Positions 48,149 to 58,612 of a stretch of 64,000 nucleotides of DNA are shown piece by piece (position 1 is the first letter of the stretch; each line of letters opens with the position of its first letter). A model generated the notes under the pieces. It worked only from the letters and a program-made list of their open reading frames with translations, did no database searches and was not told where the DNA came from. Source of the DNA: an uncultured Candidatus Sumerlaeota bacterium (lineage in GTDB: Bacteria; Sumerlaeota; Sumerlaeia; MWCT01; JAGHBZ01); assembly GCA_964608095.1 (NCBI GenBank), contig CAZSMK010000044.1, positions 1 through 64,000 on the forward strand, in the 5' to 3' direction. The position numbers and the translations under genes were made by a program.

Positions 48149-49204
48149 TCAGTGCTTGCCGTGTTTCTTGACTGACTTGATGAAACGCCCAAAGGTTTTG
48201 TCTTTCTTTCGTTTCTCGAGGGAGGAAAGGTTGTCGTATTCTGTTTCCTTTCTGAGCTTGAGATAGCTCTGGTACCGCTCTTCGCTGAGTGTGCCTTTAT
48301 CAATCGCCGCCATAACGGCACACCCGGGTTCGCGGGTATGGGTGCAATCCGAGAATCGGCAGTTCAGGGAAAGGTCGTTAATGTCCGAAAAGATGTCGTC
48401 TACGCTGTCACTTGTGCCAAGGAGGCCGAGTTCCCGCATGCCGGGGGTGTCTACCAGCATAGCGCCGTTATCGAGAACGAGCAATTGACGACGCGCGGTT
48501 ATGTGTACTCCTTCTCCCGTTTCGCTGACAGCCCTTGTTTCAAGCAGGTCTTGTCCAAGGAGTCGATTGATGAGGGTACTCTTTCCGACTCCTGAAGAAC
48601 CAATCAGACAATACGTCTTACCGGGCAAAAGGAGGTTGCGGAACTCTTCCAATCCAGTTCCCGTGGTGTTGCTGATAGACAATAGTCGGTTGGTGATTCC
48701 GGAATCCCTGATCTTTTCGATCATCTGATCCAGTTCTTCAGGCGTGATCAAGTCTGTTTTGCTCAAAATGATGATGGGCTCGATCTTGCCCTCGTTTGCC
48801 ATAGCGAGGTAGCGGTCGAGCCTTCGTAGGTTGAAATCGTAGTGGCATGACTGGACAATGAAGGCAACGTCAAGGTTAGCCGCAATCATTTGGAAGTCCA
48901 TGGTTTTCCCCGGACGCTTACGACGCAGAAAGGTTCTCCTTGGCAGGAGCGAATGGATGATAGCGAAATCTGCGGATGTATGCTCTACACATACCCAGTC
49001 ACCTACACAGGGAAGGTCGACGCTTGATTCGGCAGCAAAACGGAACTTTCCCGCCAGTTCTGCAGTCGATTCCGCATACTCATTTCTCACCTGAAATGCG
49101 CCTCGATCAACCGTCATCACCCGAGCCAGGTTCTGACCCGGCTGGAGAATGGCGCGTGCATGTGCACCAAACCACTCGTCAAAACCTAAAGATTGTAAAT
49201 CCAT
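48149..49204 (-). CDS. rsgA: Ribosome small-subunit-dependent GTPase A (circularly permuted GTPase).
   Basis: G4 LSKTDL, G1 GSSGVGKSTL and G3 DTPGMRE in permuted order. C-terminal Zn motif CRFSDCTHTREPGC. RBS GGAGGAGAA. Confidence 0.9.
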   Translation of the reverse strand: MDLQSLGFDEWFGAHARAILQPGQNLARVMTVDRGAFQVRNEYAESTAELAGKFRFAAESSVDLPCVGDWVCVEHTSADFAIIHSLLPRRTFLRRKRPGKTMDFQMIAANLDVAFIVQSCHYDFNLRRLDRYLAMANEGKIEPIIILSKTDLITPEELDQMIEKIRDSGITNRLLSISNTTGTGLEEFRNLLLPGKTYCLIGSSGVGKSTLINRLLGQDLLETRAVSETGEGVHITARRQLLVLDNGAMLVDTPGMRELGLLGTSDSVDDIFSDINDLSLNCRFSDCTHTREPGCAVMAAIDKGTLSEERYQSYLKLRKETEYDNLSSLEKRKKDKTFGRFIKSVKKHGKH

Positions 49205-49295
49205 TTCTCCTCCATACCGAACAAGATCTTATATGATTTTCTGGTGATACTTCAGCTCTAAATTGATTTTCAAGCAAAAATGCAAACCAGCAAGA

Positions 49296-49517
49296 TCAGA
49301 GAGGGTATCCGACGATAGCGCTTACGGCAAAACCAACGATGGCAAGGATGTACCCTTCCAAATACCTTCCCTCAAAGAAACCGATACCCACAAAGAGATT
49401 CCTCGATAAGCGATAGATCACATGGAAGATGATAAATGTGTTCCACTCAAACATAATTATGCGTTTTCGTCTCAGAATAGCATTCAAGATCAGAGTCGTC
49501 GTAAAAACACTCCCCAT
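49296..49517 (-). CDS. Hypothetical small two-TM membrane protein (73 aa). Doubtful.
   Basis: Hydrophobic ORF with no RBS. Confidence 0.25.
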   Translation of the reverse strand: MGSVFTTTLILNAILRRKRIIMFEWNTFIIFHVIYRLSRNLFVGIGFFEGRYLEGYILAIVGFAVSAIVGYPL

Positions 49518-49714
49518 TCATTGGTCTTGCAAAATATCTTCACTGAAGAATCACAAGAAGTGTAAGATATAAACACATTGGAGGGAAATTAAAACAATAA
49601 GAATCAACATCGATAGATAAAAAGATCGATAACGATCATGGAAGAATGGAAGAGAGGAAACTATCCGGGGGGCATCCCTGGAGCAAGGAGCACTCTTGTT
49701 AACTCACCGAATTT

Positions 49715-52651
49715 TCAAATGCCGATTCCTGTCAAGGTCTGCTTCCATACAAGGTCACCATCCGGGATTATAACGGCAACCCAGGGAGTCTTTGGATTTG
49801 TCACAAGGAGATTCCACTCAAATTCTGCCTTCTCCCCTGACCTGAGATTTATTTCTTTTTCCGGCTCGGAGACCTCGCCATTGAAAATGCGAATGGAAAC
49901 GGTATGCTGCCCTTTCCCTTCTGCAACAACCTTGATCCTGACATGCTTCGTTTCAATGTTTTGGCTATCTAAGGCAGCGACAAAATCAATATTCTTTTCG
50001 GGATTTAAGTTAAGAGTATACTGCATGCCGGACAGAAGCCCTAAATCACATGAAGCAGAATCGAATCGTATCTCATATTCTCCCGCCGGCATTAAGGCTT
50101 TGAACTTTCCCGCATCGTCCGTACTGACCTTTATCTGTTCCGACGTTGCCTTGTTGGAAAAGACAACCGACCTTGAATCAGAATTTGCCAATTCACCTTC
50201 AACAAGCGCAGGCATGGTCAGATAAAGAGCGTTCCAGAGAAACCGATTCACGGGAACAACCCAGATTTCCTTGAAGGTCGCATGATTTGACGCGGACCAG
50301 AAGGGTTTGTCGTCTCTTACACAATCGACGCCAACCGGCAGCGAACCGACAATATCTCCCGGATTGTACGCATACAAAGGAGGATAATCGTACCCTTCTC
50401 CATACATAAAGCTTTGTGAGAATGGATTCCCGCCAAAGACCCACTGCAGCTGCGTCTCAGCGAGATTCTCCAGGTCTAAATTATCCTGCATTTGCGCTGC
50501 AGTAAGAAGGGCAAGGGTTTGAGATAAATGTACCGCCGTATTCCCATGATGTGTCTTGGTGGTCCAGATGGGAAATATACGCAAATGGTATTCGTCCGTC
50601 AAAGGGGTTCCCTCATTGAATTGGCGAAGCATTGCCTCCCGCACGATTTCGTCCGAGACGTCGAGTATGTCGGATTTCCGAAACACAGCATTGGGAAGAA
50701 TATTGTATGGGGCCGCATATTCTGACCCTCTTTTCAAAAAGTATTCCGAATGAAGCGAGGCCGCAGCATACCAATCTATCCAATCCTCGTGATCGGGAAA
50801 CGTGTCGCATAAGGCTTTCATTGCAAGGAGCGGCGACTCTTCAAATGCCGCGTGACGGTGATTCACAATGGCAATCTTGTCCGGGCTTGTGTAGAAAAAT
50901 CCTGTTAGGGGAACACCATCAATAAATTCCTGTTGCTGACATTTCATAAGCAATCTGCCATATTCTATTGCCTTGTTGGCAAACTCGCTTTGTCCCGTCG
51001 CTTCATATAGATGAATGGAAGAAATAATTCCCCAGGAAAGGGTTAGATACGTTCCGCCGGAAAACCACCGGTGCGTAAAAGGCGTTTTATTATCGATGAT
51101 GCCGCCGCCTGTAAGAACAACTTTCCCCTCGTCCAGCCATTGTGGTTGCATTTTAACAGCAGCTTCCCAGTCTTCCCGGGCGGCGTTCAGGCATTGCTCG
51201 CTTAGATCAGGTTTATGTTTATTTAATACAAGATACGCAAGTGCTTCAGCGCCGGAGGAGATAAAATTCTCCCAGGGATTATTCTGCGCCTCTCTCACAA
51301 CGTCGTCTATTGTGCCGATGACGTTGTCCGTATACATTCCCAGCCCGCACCATGTAATGCGATATCCGTCGCCAAATCGCGTTTTAAGCAGCCAGTCCAG
51401 ACCCCACAACGCCTCTTCCTGAACCCGCTCCTGTAAGGATGTTTCCAGGTTACGTCGTTCCAATTCGTCAATGAGCTGCAACATCGAATAGACCGACATT
51501 CCGGTACGAAAAGACCCCTGGGAGAGATCTCCCGCGTCATGCCATCCGCCGTTAATGACCTTTTTCGTGCCGTTGTGTATTCCCTGCAGGTCTTTATGAC
51601 ATTCGGGATGAACTCCAGGCACCTCAAAACCACATCGCTGCGAATAATAAAAGTTAAGTACTTTGCGAATCGGTTCGAGCCATAATGTATCACTGATCAA
51701 GAACGGACGTGTTGATGACCCACCAGCCCAAAGAAAATATTCTCCCGGTTCATGCACTTCCGAGAAGTCAAGTATTTGAAATTCCCCATGATTATTTTTC
51801 ACGGATTTTACGGCTTTGGTTAACACAACGTTCCCGGAGTGTGCATCCCTGAGCTGAAATAACGGAGCAGACAAACTGCTGGAAAGTGCAATTTTTGAAT
51901 GATTAGGCTTATACCCCACATGGTTATACGCGATTTTGCCCGGAGCAACTTCCCAACCTTCATACCTCTCTGCGTCAACCCGTTGTAATTCAAGCCTGTC
52001 GATGTCATACGTTACATAACCATTTTCCTTCGAATCATGACCCGTTAAGAGCTTGGCGACCCTGAATCCCGTGACCATATCCCTCTTTAGATTAGGGATT
52101 TCCCAGAGGACATAATTCCACTGTCCCTGGGTAAGTCCCTGGATAACAGTTGCGTACTTTGGATCGGTAATCGAGGAAGGGGCGTCCAGACATGCGAAGC
52201 GGAGATACAGGGGATGGGAAGAAACATCGGAAGGGTGGACATAGATCCAGACGGCTATCCGGTTATACGCACTCCAGTCCTGCGGTTGCGCAAAATCAAG
52301 AGCAGCCGCAGCCTCTCCCATCAAGCCGCCTCTACCCGGTCTTCTTTTCAGGAGATCTTCGTCGCGCAAACAGGTGGTGAACCGAAGCGATGAAATACCA
52401 TCAATGCACCGTTCGCTGGTGATTTCTACCTTGCCGATTCCTGTCCCCGACCAATTTTCAAGAGTCTCCATATCATTGATAACCAGAGACTCGTGCACTT
52501 GCTTATTCAACCAAACATAGCGCAGTGAGTTTACAAACTCATCCTTCAACGGAATCCTTGATTTCTGTTCAGGCGACTCGGCAAAAGCCCACTTCCCCGG
52601 GACAAGGGAGATTAAGAGTATGAGAATAATAATTTGTGTATTCCGTGACAT
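49715..52651 (-). CDS. Secreted GH9 glycoside hydrolase (endoglucanase-like) with CelD_N-type Ig-like domain and C-terminal carboxypeptidase-regulatory-like domain.
   Basis: RBS AAGGAGG. Signal peptide. GH9 signature INGGWHDAGDLSQG. Ig-like region YNHVGYKPNHSKIAL before the catalytic domain. Confidence 0.8.
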   Translation of the reverse strand: MSRNTQIIILILLISLVPGKWAFAESPEQKSRIPLKDEFVNSLRYVWLNKQVHESLVINDMETLENWSGTGIGKVEITSERCIDGISSLRFTTCLRDEDLLKRRPGRGGLMGEAAAALDFAQPQDWSAYNRIAVWIYVHPSDVSSHPLYLRFACLDAPSSITDPKYATVIQGLTQGQWNYVLWEIPNLKRDMVTGFRVAKLLTGHDSKENGYVTYDIDRLELQRVDAERYEGWEVAPGKIAYNHVGYKPNHSKIALSSSLSAPLFQLRDAHSGNVVLTKAVKSVKNNHGEFQILDFSEVHEPGEYFLWAGGSSTRPFLISDTLWLEPIRKVLNFYYSQRCGFEVPGVHPECHKDLQGIHNGTKKVINGGWHDAGDLSQGSFRTGMSVYSMLQLIDELERRNLETSLQERVQEEALWGLDWLLKTRFGDGYRITWCGLGMYTDNVIGTIDDVVREAQNNPWENFISSGAEALAYLVLNKHKPDLSEQCLNAAREDWEAAVKMQPQWLDEGKVVLTGGGIIDNKTPFTHRWFSGGTYLTLSWGIISSIHLYEATGQSEFANKAIEYGRLLMKCQQQEFIDGVPLTGFFYTSPDKIAIVNHRHAAFEESPLLAMKALCDTFPDHEDWIDWYAAASLHSEYFLKRGSEYAAPYNILPNAVFRKSDILDVSDEIVREAMLRQFNEGTPLTDEYHLRIFPIWTTKTHHGNTAVHLSQTLALLTAAQMQDNLDLENLAETQLQWVFGGNPFSQSFMYGEGYDYPPLYAYNPGDIVGSLPVGVDCVRDDKPFWSASNHATFKEIWVVPVNRFLWNALYLTMPALVEGELANSDSRSVVFSNKATSEQIKVSTDDAGKFKALMPAGEYEIRFDSASCDLGLLSGMQYTLNLNPEKNIDFVAALDSQNIETKHVRIKVVAEGKGQHTVSIRIFNGEVSEPEKEINLRSGEKAEFEWNLLVTNPKTPWVAVIIPDGDLVWKQTLTGIGI

Positions 52652-53187
52652 GGATAGCCTCCTTGATTCCAGTTACTTCGATTGACGTGTGAACTATTAA
52701 TTACGGGGGTAAGTACTACTACTGCCAATTTGTCTGGAGAACGATACCTGCAAAAAGTAAGATCAAGATAGATATCTACCCCGTTTGTCTAAACGTGTCC
52801 TTTCCATAGCCGGGATTTATGTGGCACCGCCCGACAAGAAGATGGCGGGCATAACATAGAATTTAAAAGCACATTCTATGGTTTAGTACACATATATGGG
52901 AAAGTCAATATCGGAGTAGTAAGAGGTTTTACGTTCCAATCAACATCGAAACAATGGATAGATTGGAGACCATCGCCTTGTATCACTTTCTTCCTGACAC
53001 CCATGAACGAATACACGCTAATAAGCCGCGAGGACACGTCAGATGTGAAGCCAATTTTCGACAAAAGCCCGCTGAGGAATAAACCAACCGCCAGGCACAC
53101 CATTACCCCCACTAATGTATTCGTCTTCGTACCAAAATCATTGCACGTGAAAACCGCAACGATATTTCCATCAGGTCGAACGTTTTA

Positions 53188-53688
53188 TCAGCTAGTTGCC
53201 AAAAACGCCTCATGGAATACAACAGTTCCTTGCGGAACCTTTTCGTTGAACGGTAACGCCAGGAAAAATTCTTGTGGAATTCCCTCATGAACAAGTTCCG
53301 GGTAATTCTTGAAACCGAACCGTTTATAATAGTTCGGATCACCAACAAGAACGCACCCTTGCCCGCCTAATTTTTTCAGCCGTGATAACCCTTCGTCAAT
53401 AAGCGCTTTCCCAATACCTTGCCTCTGATATTCCGGCAATACGGAAACCGGACCCACGCCGTACCAGTCTTTTGTGCCGTCAGAAAATGTTACAGGGGAA
53501 AAAGCAATATGTCCCACAACACGCCCATCAATTTCCGCCACAAGGGAGATAGTTAGCGCACCTGCATCACGTAGCGCATTTATTACGAATTGCTCTGTGT
53601 GATTGCTGATTGGAAGATTCTTGAATGCCTCTATTGTTACTTCAGTTATTGCCTCGATATCCGTGGCCGTTTCTTTTCTCAGGATCAT
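53188..53688 (-). CDS. GNAT family N-acetyltransferase.
   Basis: Motif A QRQGIGKALIDEGLSRLKKLG. Start trimmed to the AAGGA-supported ATG 53688. Confidence 0.8.
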   Translation of the reverse strand: MILRKETATDIEAITEVTIEAFKNLPISNHTEQFVINALRDAGALTISLVAEIDGRVVGHIAFSPVTFSDGTKDWYGVGPVSVLPEYQRQGIGKALIDEGLSRLKKLGGQGCVLVGDPNYYKRFGFKNYPELVHEGIPQEFFLALPFNEKVPQGTVVFHEAFLATS

Positions 53689-53877
53689 TTCAAAATCCTT
53701 TTTTTTCGATTCTTTATTAAAACTATCGGAGTCAGAGAGGTTGTCTGACAATTAAATTTGGAATGCAGCGGCACGACACCGCTTTAAAAGGGCACGACAC
53801 ATCGCGCCTCAGAAAGCGCAGACCATCTGCGCTTTCCAAAATAAAACTCCACGTATTTGATTTTTTTTGCTTTTTCG

Positions 53878-53911
53878 ATTGTCGGACAGCCTCTCTGCCC
53901 TCGATAGTCCT
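53878..53911. repeat. REP-like element variant overlapping the stop codon of the Kelch/thioredoxin-like gene.
   Basis: TTGTCGGACAGCCTCTCTGCCCTCGATAGTCCTC. On the - strand it reads TGA-GGACTATCGAGGGCAGAGAGGCTGTCCGACAA. Confidence 0.5.
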
Positions 53912-55371
53912 CAACCTGAAAAGAGCCAGCTTTGAAGTTCCTGCTCGTTTAATACCCCATTTTTGCGCTTGATTTCATTCCCGTTAGCATCAAAGTAAAT
54001 CCAGCTGGGGACACGAAAGACCCCAAGCTGTTGAATAAGCTGAGGGAAGAGCGTCGTATCGACCCATCCCAGGATAATGGTATCTTGATAGGAGGTGAAT
54101 TTGAATTCTCTCAAAATCCGGTGCTGCTGTTCGCACGGCAATGCCTTTGGTGAATGGAAGTAAACAACGAGTGGTTTACGGGTTTGAAGACTTTTCTGTC
54201 GAGCCAGCTCGTAAGGCATAAATCCCTCGGTAGCTTCTTTGGGCATATCCCTGAGGTGCACATAACTGAGGTGTGGCGCGTTGATGCTATCATCCGCAAT
54301 GAGAAGTGTTTTCACAAATTCAAGGTTGGGTTGTTCAACTGCTTTTTTTGCCAGTCGAAAATAATAGACTTCAGGGGTCAAGGCGCCCTCAACAAGGCGC
54401 TGGATTCTCCCGCCGGGAAGGAATACAACCTCGCGGCGGAAATCTGTGGCGATACCTACATACACTTTCATCGGAAGATTCGTAGTCAATTTCTGCCATG
54501 GTGAAAGTCCTTTATCGGAAACCTCTGCAAACCAGATGTCGTTACTCTGCACCGTATCGGCATAGGACGGACAGAAGGAAAGGAGATACGGACCTGAAGC
54601 GGTGCAGGCGGCACGCAAAAAGGGGCGAGAAATAGTGAACGGCTCAGAACGCCATTTTCCCAGTCGACCATCGGCAAGAATCGGCGCGGAATAAATCGTG
54701 TGATTCAATTGTGTTTTGGTAGCGTTAATGGCACCACTCCACACATAGACCTTTCCTGCAACAACACCGGCATTGTGAAACCACAAGGTGACTGGCAAGG
54801 ATTCCGCAGGTTCCCATTTTACAAAATCGCCGTGGTCATCGATAATGGCTGACCAGACCTTATTGGTGGGAAGATTCTTATCAGTAAGACCGCCGATAAG
54901 ATGGATATGCCCGGGTGTGGAGACTACGACGGAGTTATCGGTTCCTTCGCCCGGAAAGGGTGGCGATTCGTTCCAGGGATTGAGTTCCCCGTCAGGGCGC
55001 GGTCGAGTCCAGAGCATAGTCTGTTTATGTTTATTTATAGACTCATCCCAGCCCGTAACAACATATAATACATCATGAAGCACCATAGTGGTGTTGCCGA
55101 TATAGGAACGAGGTTGAGGCATGGGGGTGGTATAAGACCATTGACCGATTGTTCCATTGGGATAAATCTGCGCTTTTAGTACATCCTTATTGAAGCCCTT
55201 TTCGTCAGTATATCCCCCAAGGATATACAGATAATCGCCGAGTACCGCGGTGCCATACATCTGCCGGGGCTCGGGCAACGGCGTAGTCTTATAATAAAAA
55301 GAGCCAAGCGCGAGATTAACAAAACCTATAAACAACACAGAGATTATTAAAATATTTGTTCTTTTCTGCAT
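53911..55371 (-). CDS. Secreted Kelch-repeat beta-propeller protein fused to a C-terminal thioredoxin-like-fold domain (no CxxC).
   Basis: RBS AAAGGAG. Signal peptide. Kelch-like YLYILGGYTDEKG...LYVVTGWD repeats. C-terminal PLVVYFHSPKALPCEQ...ILGWVD is thioredoxin-fold-like. Confidence 0.7.
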   Translation of the reverse strand: MQKRTNILIISVLFIGFVNLALGSFYYKTTPLPEPRQMYGTAVLGDYLYILGGYTDEKGFNKDVLKAQIYPNGTIGQWSYTTPMPQPRSYIGNTTMVLHDVLYVVTGWDESINKHKQTMLWTRPRPDGELNPWNESPPFPGEGTDNSVVVSTPGHIHLIGGLTDKNLPTNKVWSAIIDDHGDFVKWEPAESLPVTLWFHNAGVVAGKVYVWSGAINATKTQLNHTIYSAPILADGRLGKWRSEPFTISRPFLRAACTASGPYLLSFCPSYADTVQSNDIWFAEVSDKGLSPWQKLTTNLPMKVYVGIATDFRREVVFLPGGRIQRLVEGALTPEVYYFRLAKKAVEQPNLEFVKTLLIADDSINAPHLSYVHLRDMPKEATEGFMPYELARQKSLQTRKPLVVYFHSPKALPCEQQHRILREFKFTSYQDTIILGWVDTTLFPQLIQQLGVFRVPSWIYFDANGNEIKRKNGVLNEQELQSWLFSG

Positions 55372-55671
55372 AACGCGCTCCTTTCATTCTCAATAAAAAT
55401 GGAAAATAATAAGTACAGAGTTCTGATTCAAGAAAAAAAGAAACATTCAGCATTTCACCACCAGAAAGAAAAGGACAGAGAACGGTCGATAAATTCTTAG
55501 TGTACCTATGTAAAATAAGCCACCTTATTAAACTTTCGCAATTTCTTCCCTACCGTATATATATTAAAAAAGAGTATTGCTTTTTAGTGCATATAATATC
55601 AGAGCAGAGGGAGACGAAGCCAATTAATCTTTTGCCTTTCACCATTGTATAAGAAGTAGAACCGAGCAAAG

Positions 55672-56124
55672 TTAACCCAGGGCAATAATGATGAATACCA
55701 TGACAAAGATAGCGACGGTTTCTATGACGCCCAGTACCGCAAGGTAGTTGGTGAATCCCTGTCCGGTCTCTGCAAGTGCATCAGCCGCTCCTGCGCCGGC
55801 GCGTCCCTGCATCATTGCTGAAGCGCCAATAGCCAGACCCCCAACGAACCCGATACCGATCAGAGCCTGCCACGAGAACTGGGCGTTCGCCTTATTTATC
55901 ATCGAGAACATGAGAATCATACCATAGATGGTCTGTGAAAGTGGCGCACCCACAAAAGTGATAAGGAGAAAAGGAGCCATTTTATTCTGTGCATAACATT
56001 TTTTCCAGGCGCCGACCGCAGCGGCGCCGGCTGCTCCTGTTCCCAGTGACGAACCTACTGATGCGAGGGTTATTGCTACTATTGCTCCAAATTTTCCAAG
56101 TGCAATTGCCGTCTCAACGGTCAT
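55672..56124 (-). CDS. ntpK: V/A-type ATPase subunit K (proteolipid c subunit).
   Basis: Two hairpin TM pairs, Gly/Ala-rich, with a conserved Glu in the last helix. Terminal gene of the operon. Confidence 0.85.
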   Translation of the reverse strand: MTVETAIALGKFGAIVAITLASVGSSLGTGAAGAAAVGAWKKCYAQNKMAPFLLITFVGAPLSQTIYGMILMFSMINKANAQFSWQALIGIGFVGGLAIGASAMMQGRAGAGAADALAETGQGFTNYLAVLGVIETVAIFVMVFIIIALG

Positions 56125-56204
56125 GTCAATTCTCCTCTCCTCTTTCTTAAAAAAGTTTTTGTGTGTATGCCTCTCAATATACTCAGTATCTATTCCGCCG
56201 ATCC

Positions 56205-57989
56205 TTAGTCTTCCTGGTTACGAAAAGGTGCATACGGAAATCCTGACCATTGCATATCTTTATGCAGCGAGAACTCGAGAGTATTAAGCCGAACTCCGTG
56301 AACGAGGATGCCGAGTCCGCACAACATGATATTGAGTGCATGCCCTAAAAACAAGATAAATGCAGCGACAAAACCCGTAATGATAGTGTTAAATCCCGCC
56401 GCAAGAGCCATATTGTTAAAACTTTGCGCCACCGACAGCGTCGCCATTCCCACGGCAAAAAGTCTAATATACGATATCACATCAACAAAACAGCTGACCA
56501 CGTTCAGGGGTAAAATGGCGTGCCTTATCCATTCTGTCTTCAATTCTTTTACCGGTGTCATAAAAAGAACGACAAGAATCAAACCCGTGAAGAGGAGTAC
56601 GAACACCCACGAGGGGAAAGGTTCCTGCAGCACCATAGTCCCGGCAGTAAAATACATGGTCCAGGTAAGGCATACCCATCCCAGTTGAGCAATAAAACGT
56701 GTATCGGGAACGAACTCCACTGCATTCCACAGGTGAGCGATAGTAAGGTGAACAGCCCCGATTATAAAACATAGTTTCATGAGGTTGTTCTGGTTCTGAA
56801 GCCAGGGGACTTTCAGATGCGTAAGCGGTGCCGGTAAATTGGTAATGCCGAAAATATTTCCGGTTAAAAGACCCCAGGTAATAGTCGCAACACTCAAGAT
56901 AAAAAGCAGCATAAAGACCTCGGAGGGCGCTTGAGGCATTTTTTTTCGGGCAACTATGGTTATCAAAAGGAATAAGGCGCCATACCCCGCATCGCCGATC
57001 AACATGGCGAAGAACAGACTGAAAAAGAGAAGAAAAGGGACGCTGATGTCAGATTCATGATAGCCTGGTAAAATTTTAAGCAAGTTGAATACCGCCTTAA
57101 TCGGTCTCACCAACCGAGGGTAGTATATTTTGGTGGGAACTTTTTCATCAGGAGCGGGATCTTCAACCACCAACCCCCAACCGTTATCGGCTGCTGCATG
57201 TTTGACTTTTTCGAGCTCTGGGACCGGGCAAAAGCCTTGAAGCGCGGCGACTTTTTCAAACCCTGCCATGCCTTCACGCACCTCAAGAAAAGCAAGCGTA
57301 TGCTTGAGGTCGCAGATTTTTCGAACAATCTCGTTTCGCCATGCGCCCTTCTCCCTTAATCTGTCCTCAATATCCTCTCGTTCCTTTTTTCGTGTTTCCA
57401 TTAGCTCATGTAGCCGTGCAAGAGAAAATTCCGGGATTCTGAACAATTCGTAAGGCAATTCTTGTTCAAAGACGCGCGGGAAGCCTATCAGGGCAAAATA
57501 AATGTTCTTTTTTATGTGAGCGAAGATACGAAGGAGCGTTCCCTCCGGCGCTTCGGGCTCAGGTGTCTCTTGCGTTGTATAGAGACGGACTTCTATCCCT
57601 TTCTCAGAAAGTCTCTTTAAGCGGTCAGGGTCAAAGTCGCCAAACGGCTGAATGCGCTCGATCTCGGTTTCAATCTCTTTTATTGATTCGCTATGGATAT
57701 CTCGAAGTTCTTTGAGATTGAGTATATTATCGATCACCTCATCGATGTCTGAATTTTTACGCTGTTCCGGATGTTTTTCTGAGGGAAGAGAATCAGCCGC
57801 GTCGTCGGGGAGCGCGTCAAGCGCCTTTTCAGCCTGTAGCAGCTCTTCTTTCGTCCATTGAATTTTTTCCCCGGCAGGCGATCGTAAATTCACCACATGC
57901 AACACACCGAGGTTGCGTAACGCATCTACCGCCTCGTCGCGTGTCTCCGCCCTACAGAGCAAGGTTATTTTTTTCATTTTAACTATCAT
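56205..57989 (-). CDS. ntpI: V/A-type ATPase subunit I (a subunit).
   Basis: N-terminus MKKITLLCRAETRDEAVDALRNLGVLHV. Hydrophilic N-terminal half and polytopic C-terminal half. Confidence 0.85.
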   Translation of the reverse strand: MIVKMKKITLLCRAETRDEAVDALRNLGVLHVVNLRSPAGEKIQWTKEELLQAEKALDALPDDAADSLPSEKHPEQRKNSDIDEVIDNILNLKELRDIHSESIKEIETEIERIQPFGDFDPDRLKRLSEKGIEVRLYTTQETPEPEAPEGTLLRIFAHIKKNIYFALIGFPRVFEQELPYELFRIPEFSLARLHELMETRKKEREDIEDRLREKGAWRNEIVRKICDLKHTLAFLEVREGMAGFEKVAALQGFCPVPELEKVKHAAADNGWGLVVEDPAPDEKVPTKIYYPRLVRPIKAVFNLLKILPGYHESDISVPFLLFFSLFFAMLIGDAGYGALFLLITIVARKKMPQAPSEVFMLLFILSVATITWGLLTGNIFGITNLPAPLTHLKVPWLQNQNNLMKLCFIIGAVHLTIAHLWNAVEFVPDTRFIAQLGWVCLTWTMYFTAGTMVLQEPFPSWVFVLLFTGLILVVLFMTPVKELKTEWIRHAILPLNVVSCFVDVISYIRLFAVGMATLSVAQSFNNMALAAGFNTIITGFVAAFILFLGHALNIMLCGLGILVHGVRLNTLEFSLHKDMQWSGFPYAPFRNQED

Positions 57990-58594
57990 AGTGCCGATGA
58001 AGAACGTTCAATACTTTTCTTTTTTGCCATTTTCGCCCGTGCCACGGCTGCCGCCTGTGCGTCACCCAGCGCTATATGAATTCTACGGATATTATCTTTG
58101 CTTTCAGGAATCTTGACTTTTTCGAACAGGTTAACCCGTTGCGACGTAATCCTCAATTCCTCGCTTAGTCTGGTTAAGGCAAGGTGAAGAATCTGTTCTT
58201 CGATTTCAAATCTCACCAGGCGTTCGATAACGTCCATTGCGTCATCAATAAACGGCGGTGTGGCAAAGAGGTCAACCGGCGCCCGCTTGAACTCGATTGA
58301 TTGAATGACCGGAATATCCACCCCTGCAATGTTGTCGGAACCGATGTCCACCGATTCGATTTCCACGAGGTTCTCGAGGGGCACGTCGTCGGAAAACAGA
58401 CGCACCCACTCCATGACCTCCTGCCATAATTTACGTTTTTCTTTCCGCTTTTTATCGATGCGAGCCGACATATGACTGACCTCGATTCGCAACTGCTGTT
58501 TCTTGAGTTCGAGTGTGGGAAGATACTTTTCGAAACGCCTGAGCGCGTCGCGTTGCGCCTTGAGTTCTGTCTTGGTTTTCCTGATCTTGCCCAC
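57986..58594 (-). CDS. ntpD: V/A-type ATPase subunit D.
   Basis: TKTELKAQRDALRRFEKYLPTLELKKQQL is the NtpD signature. Overlaps ntpI by 4 nt. Confidence 0.85.
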   Translation of the reverse strand: MGKIRKTKTELKAQRDALRRFEKYLPTLELKKQQLRIEVSHMSARIDKKRKEKRKLWQEVMEWVRLFSDDVPLENLVEIESVDIGSDNIAGVDIPVIQSIEFKRAPVDLFATPPFIDDAMDVIERLVRFEIEEQILHLALTRLSEELRITSQRVNLFEKVKIPESKDNIRRIHIALGDAQAAAVARAKMAKKKSIERSSSAL

Positions 58595-58612
58595 GTATAT
58601 CTCCCATTACGC

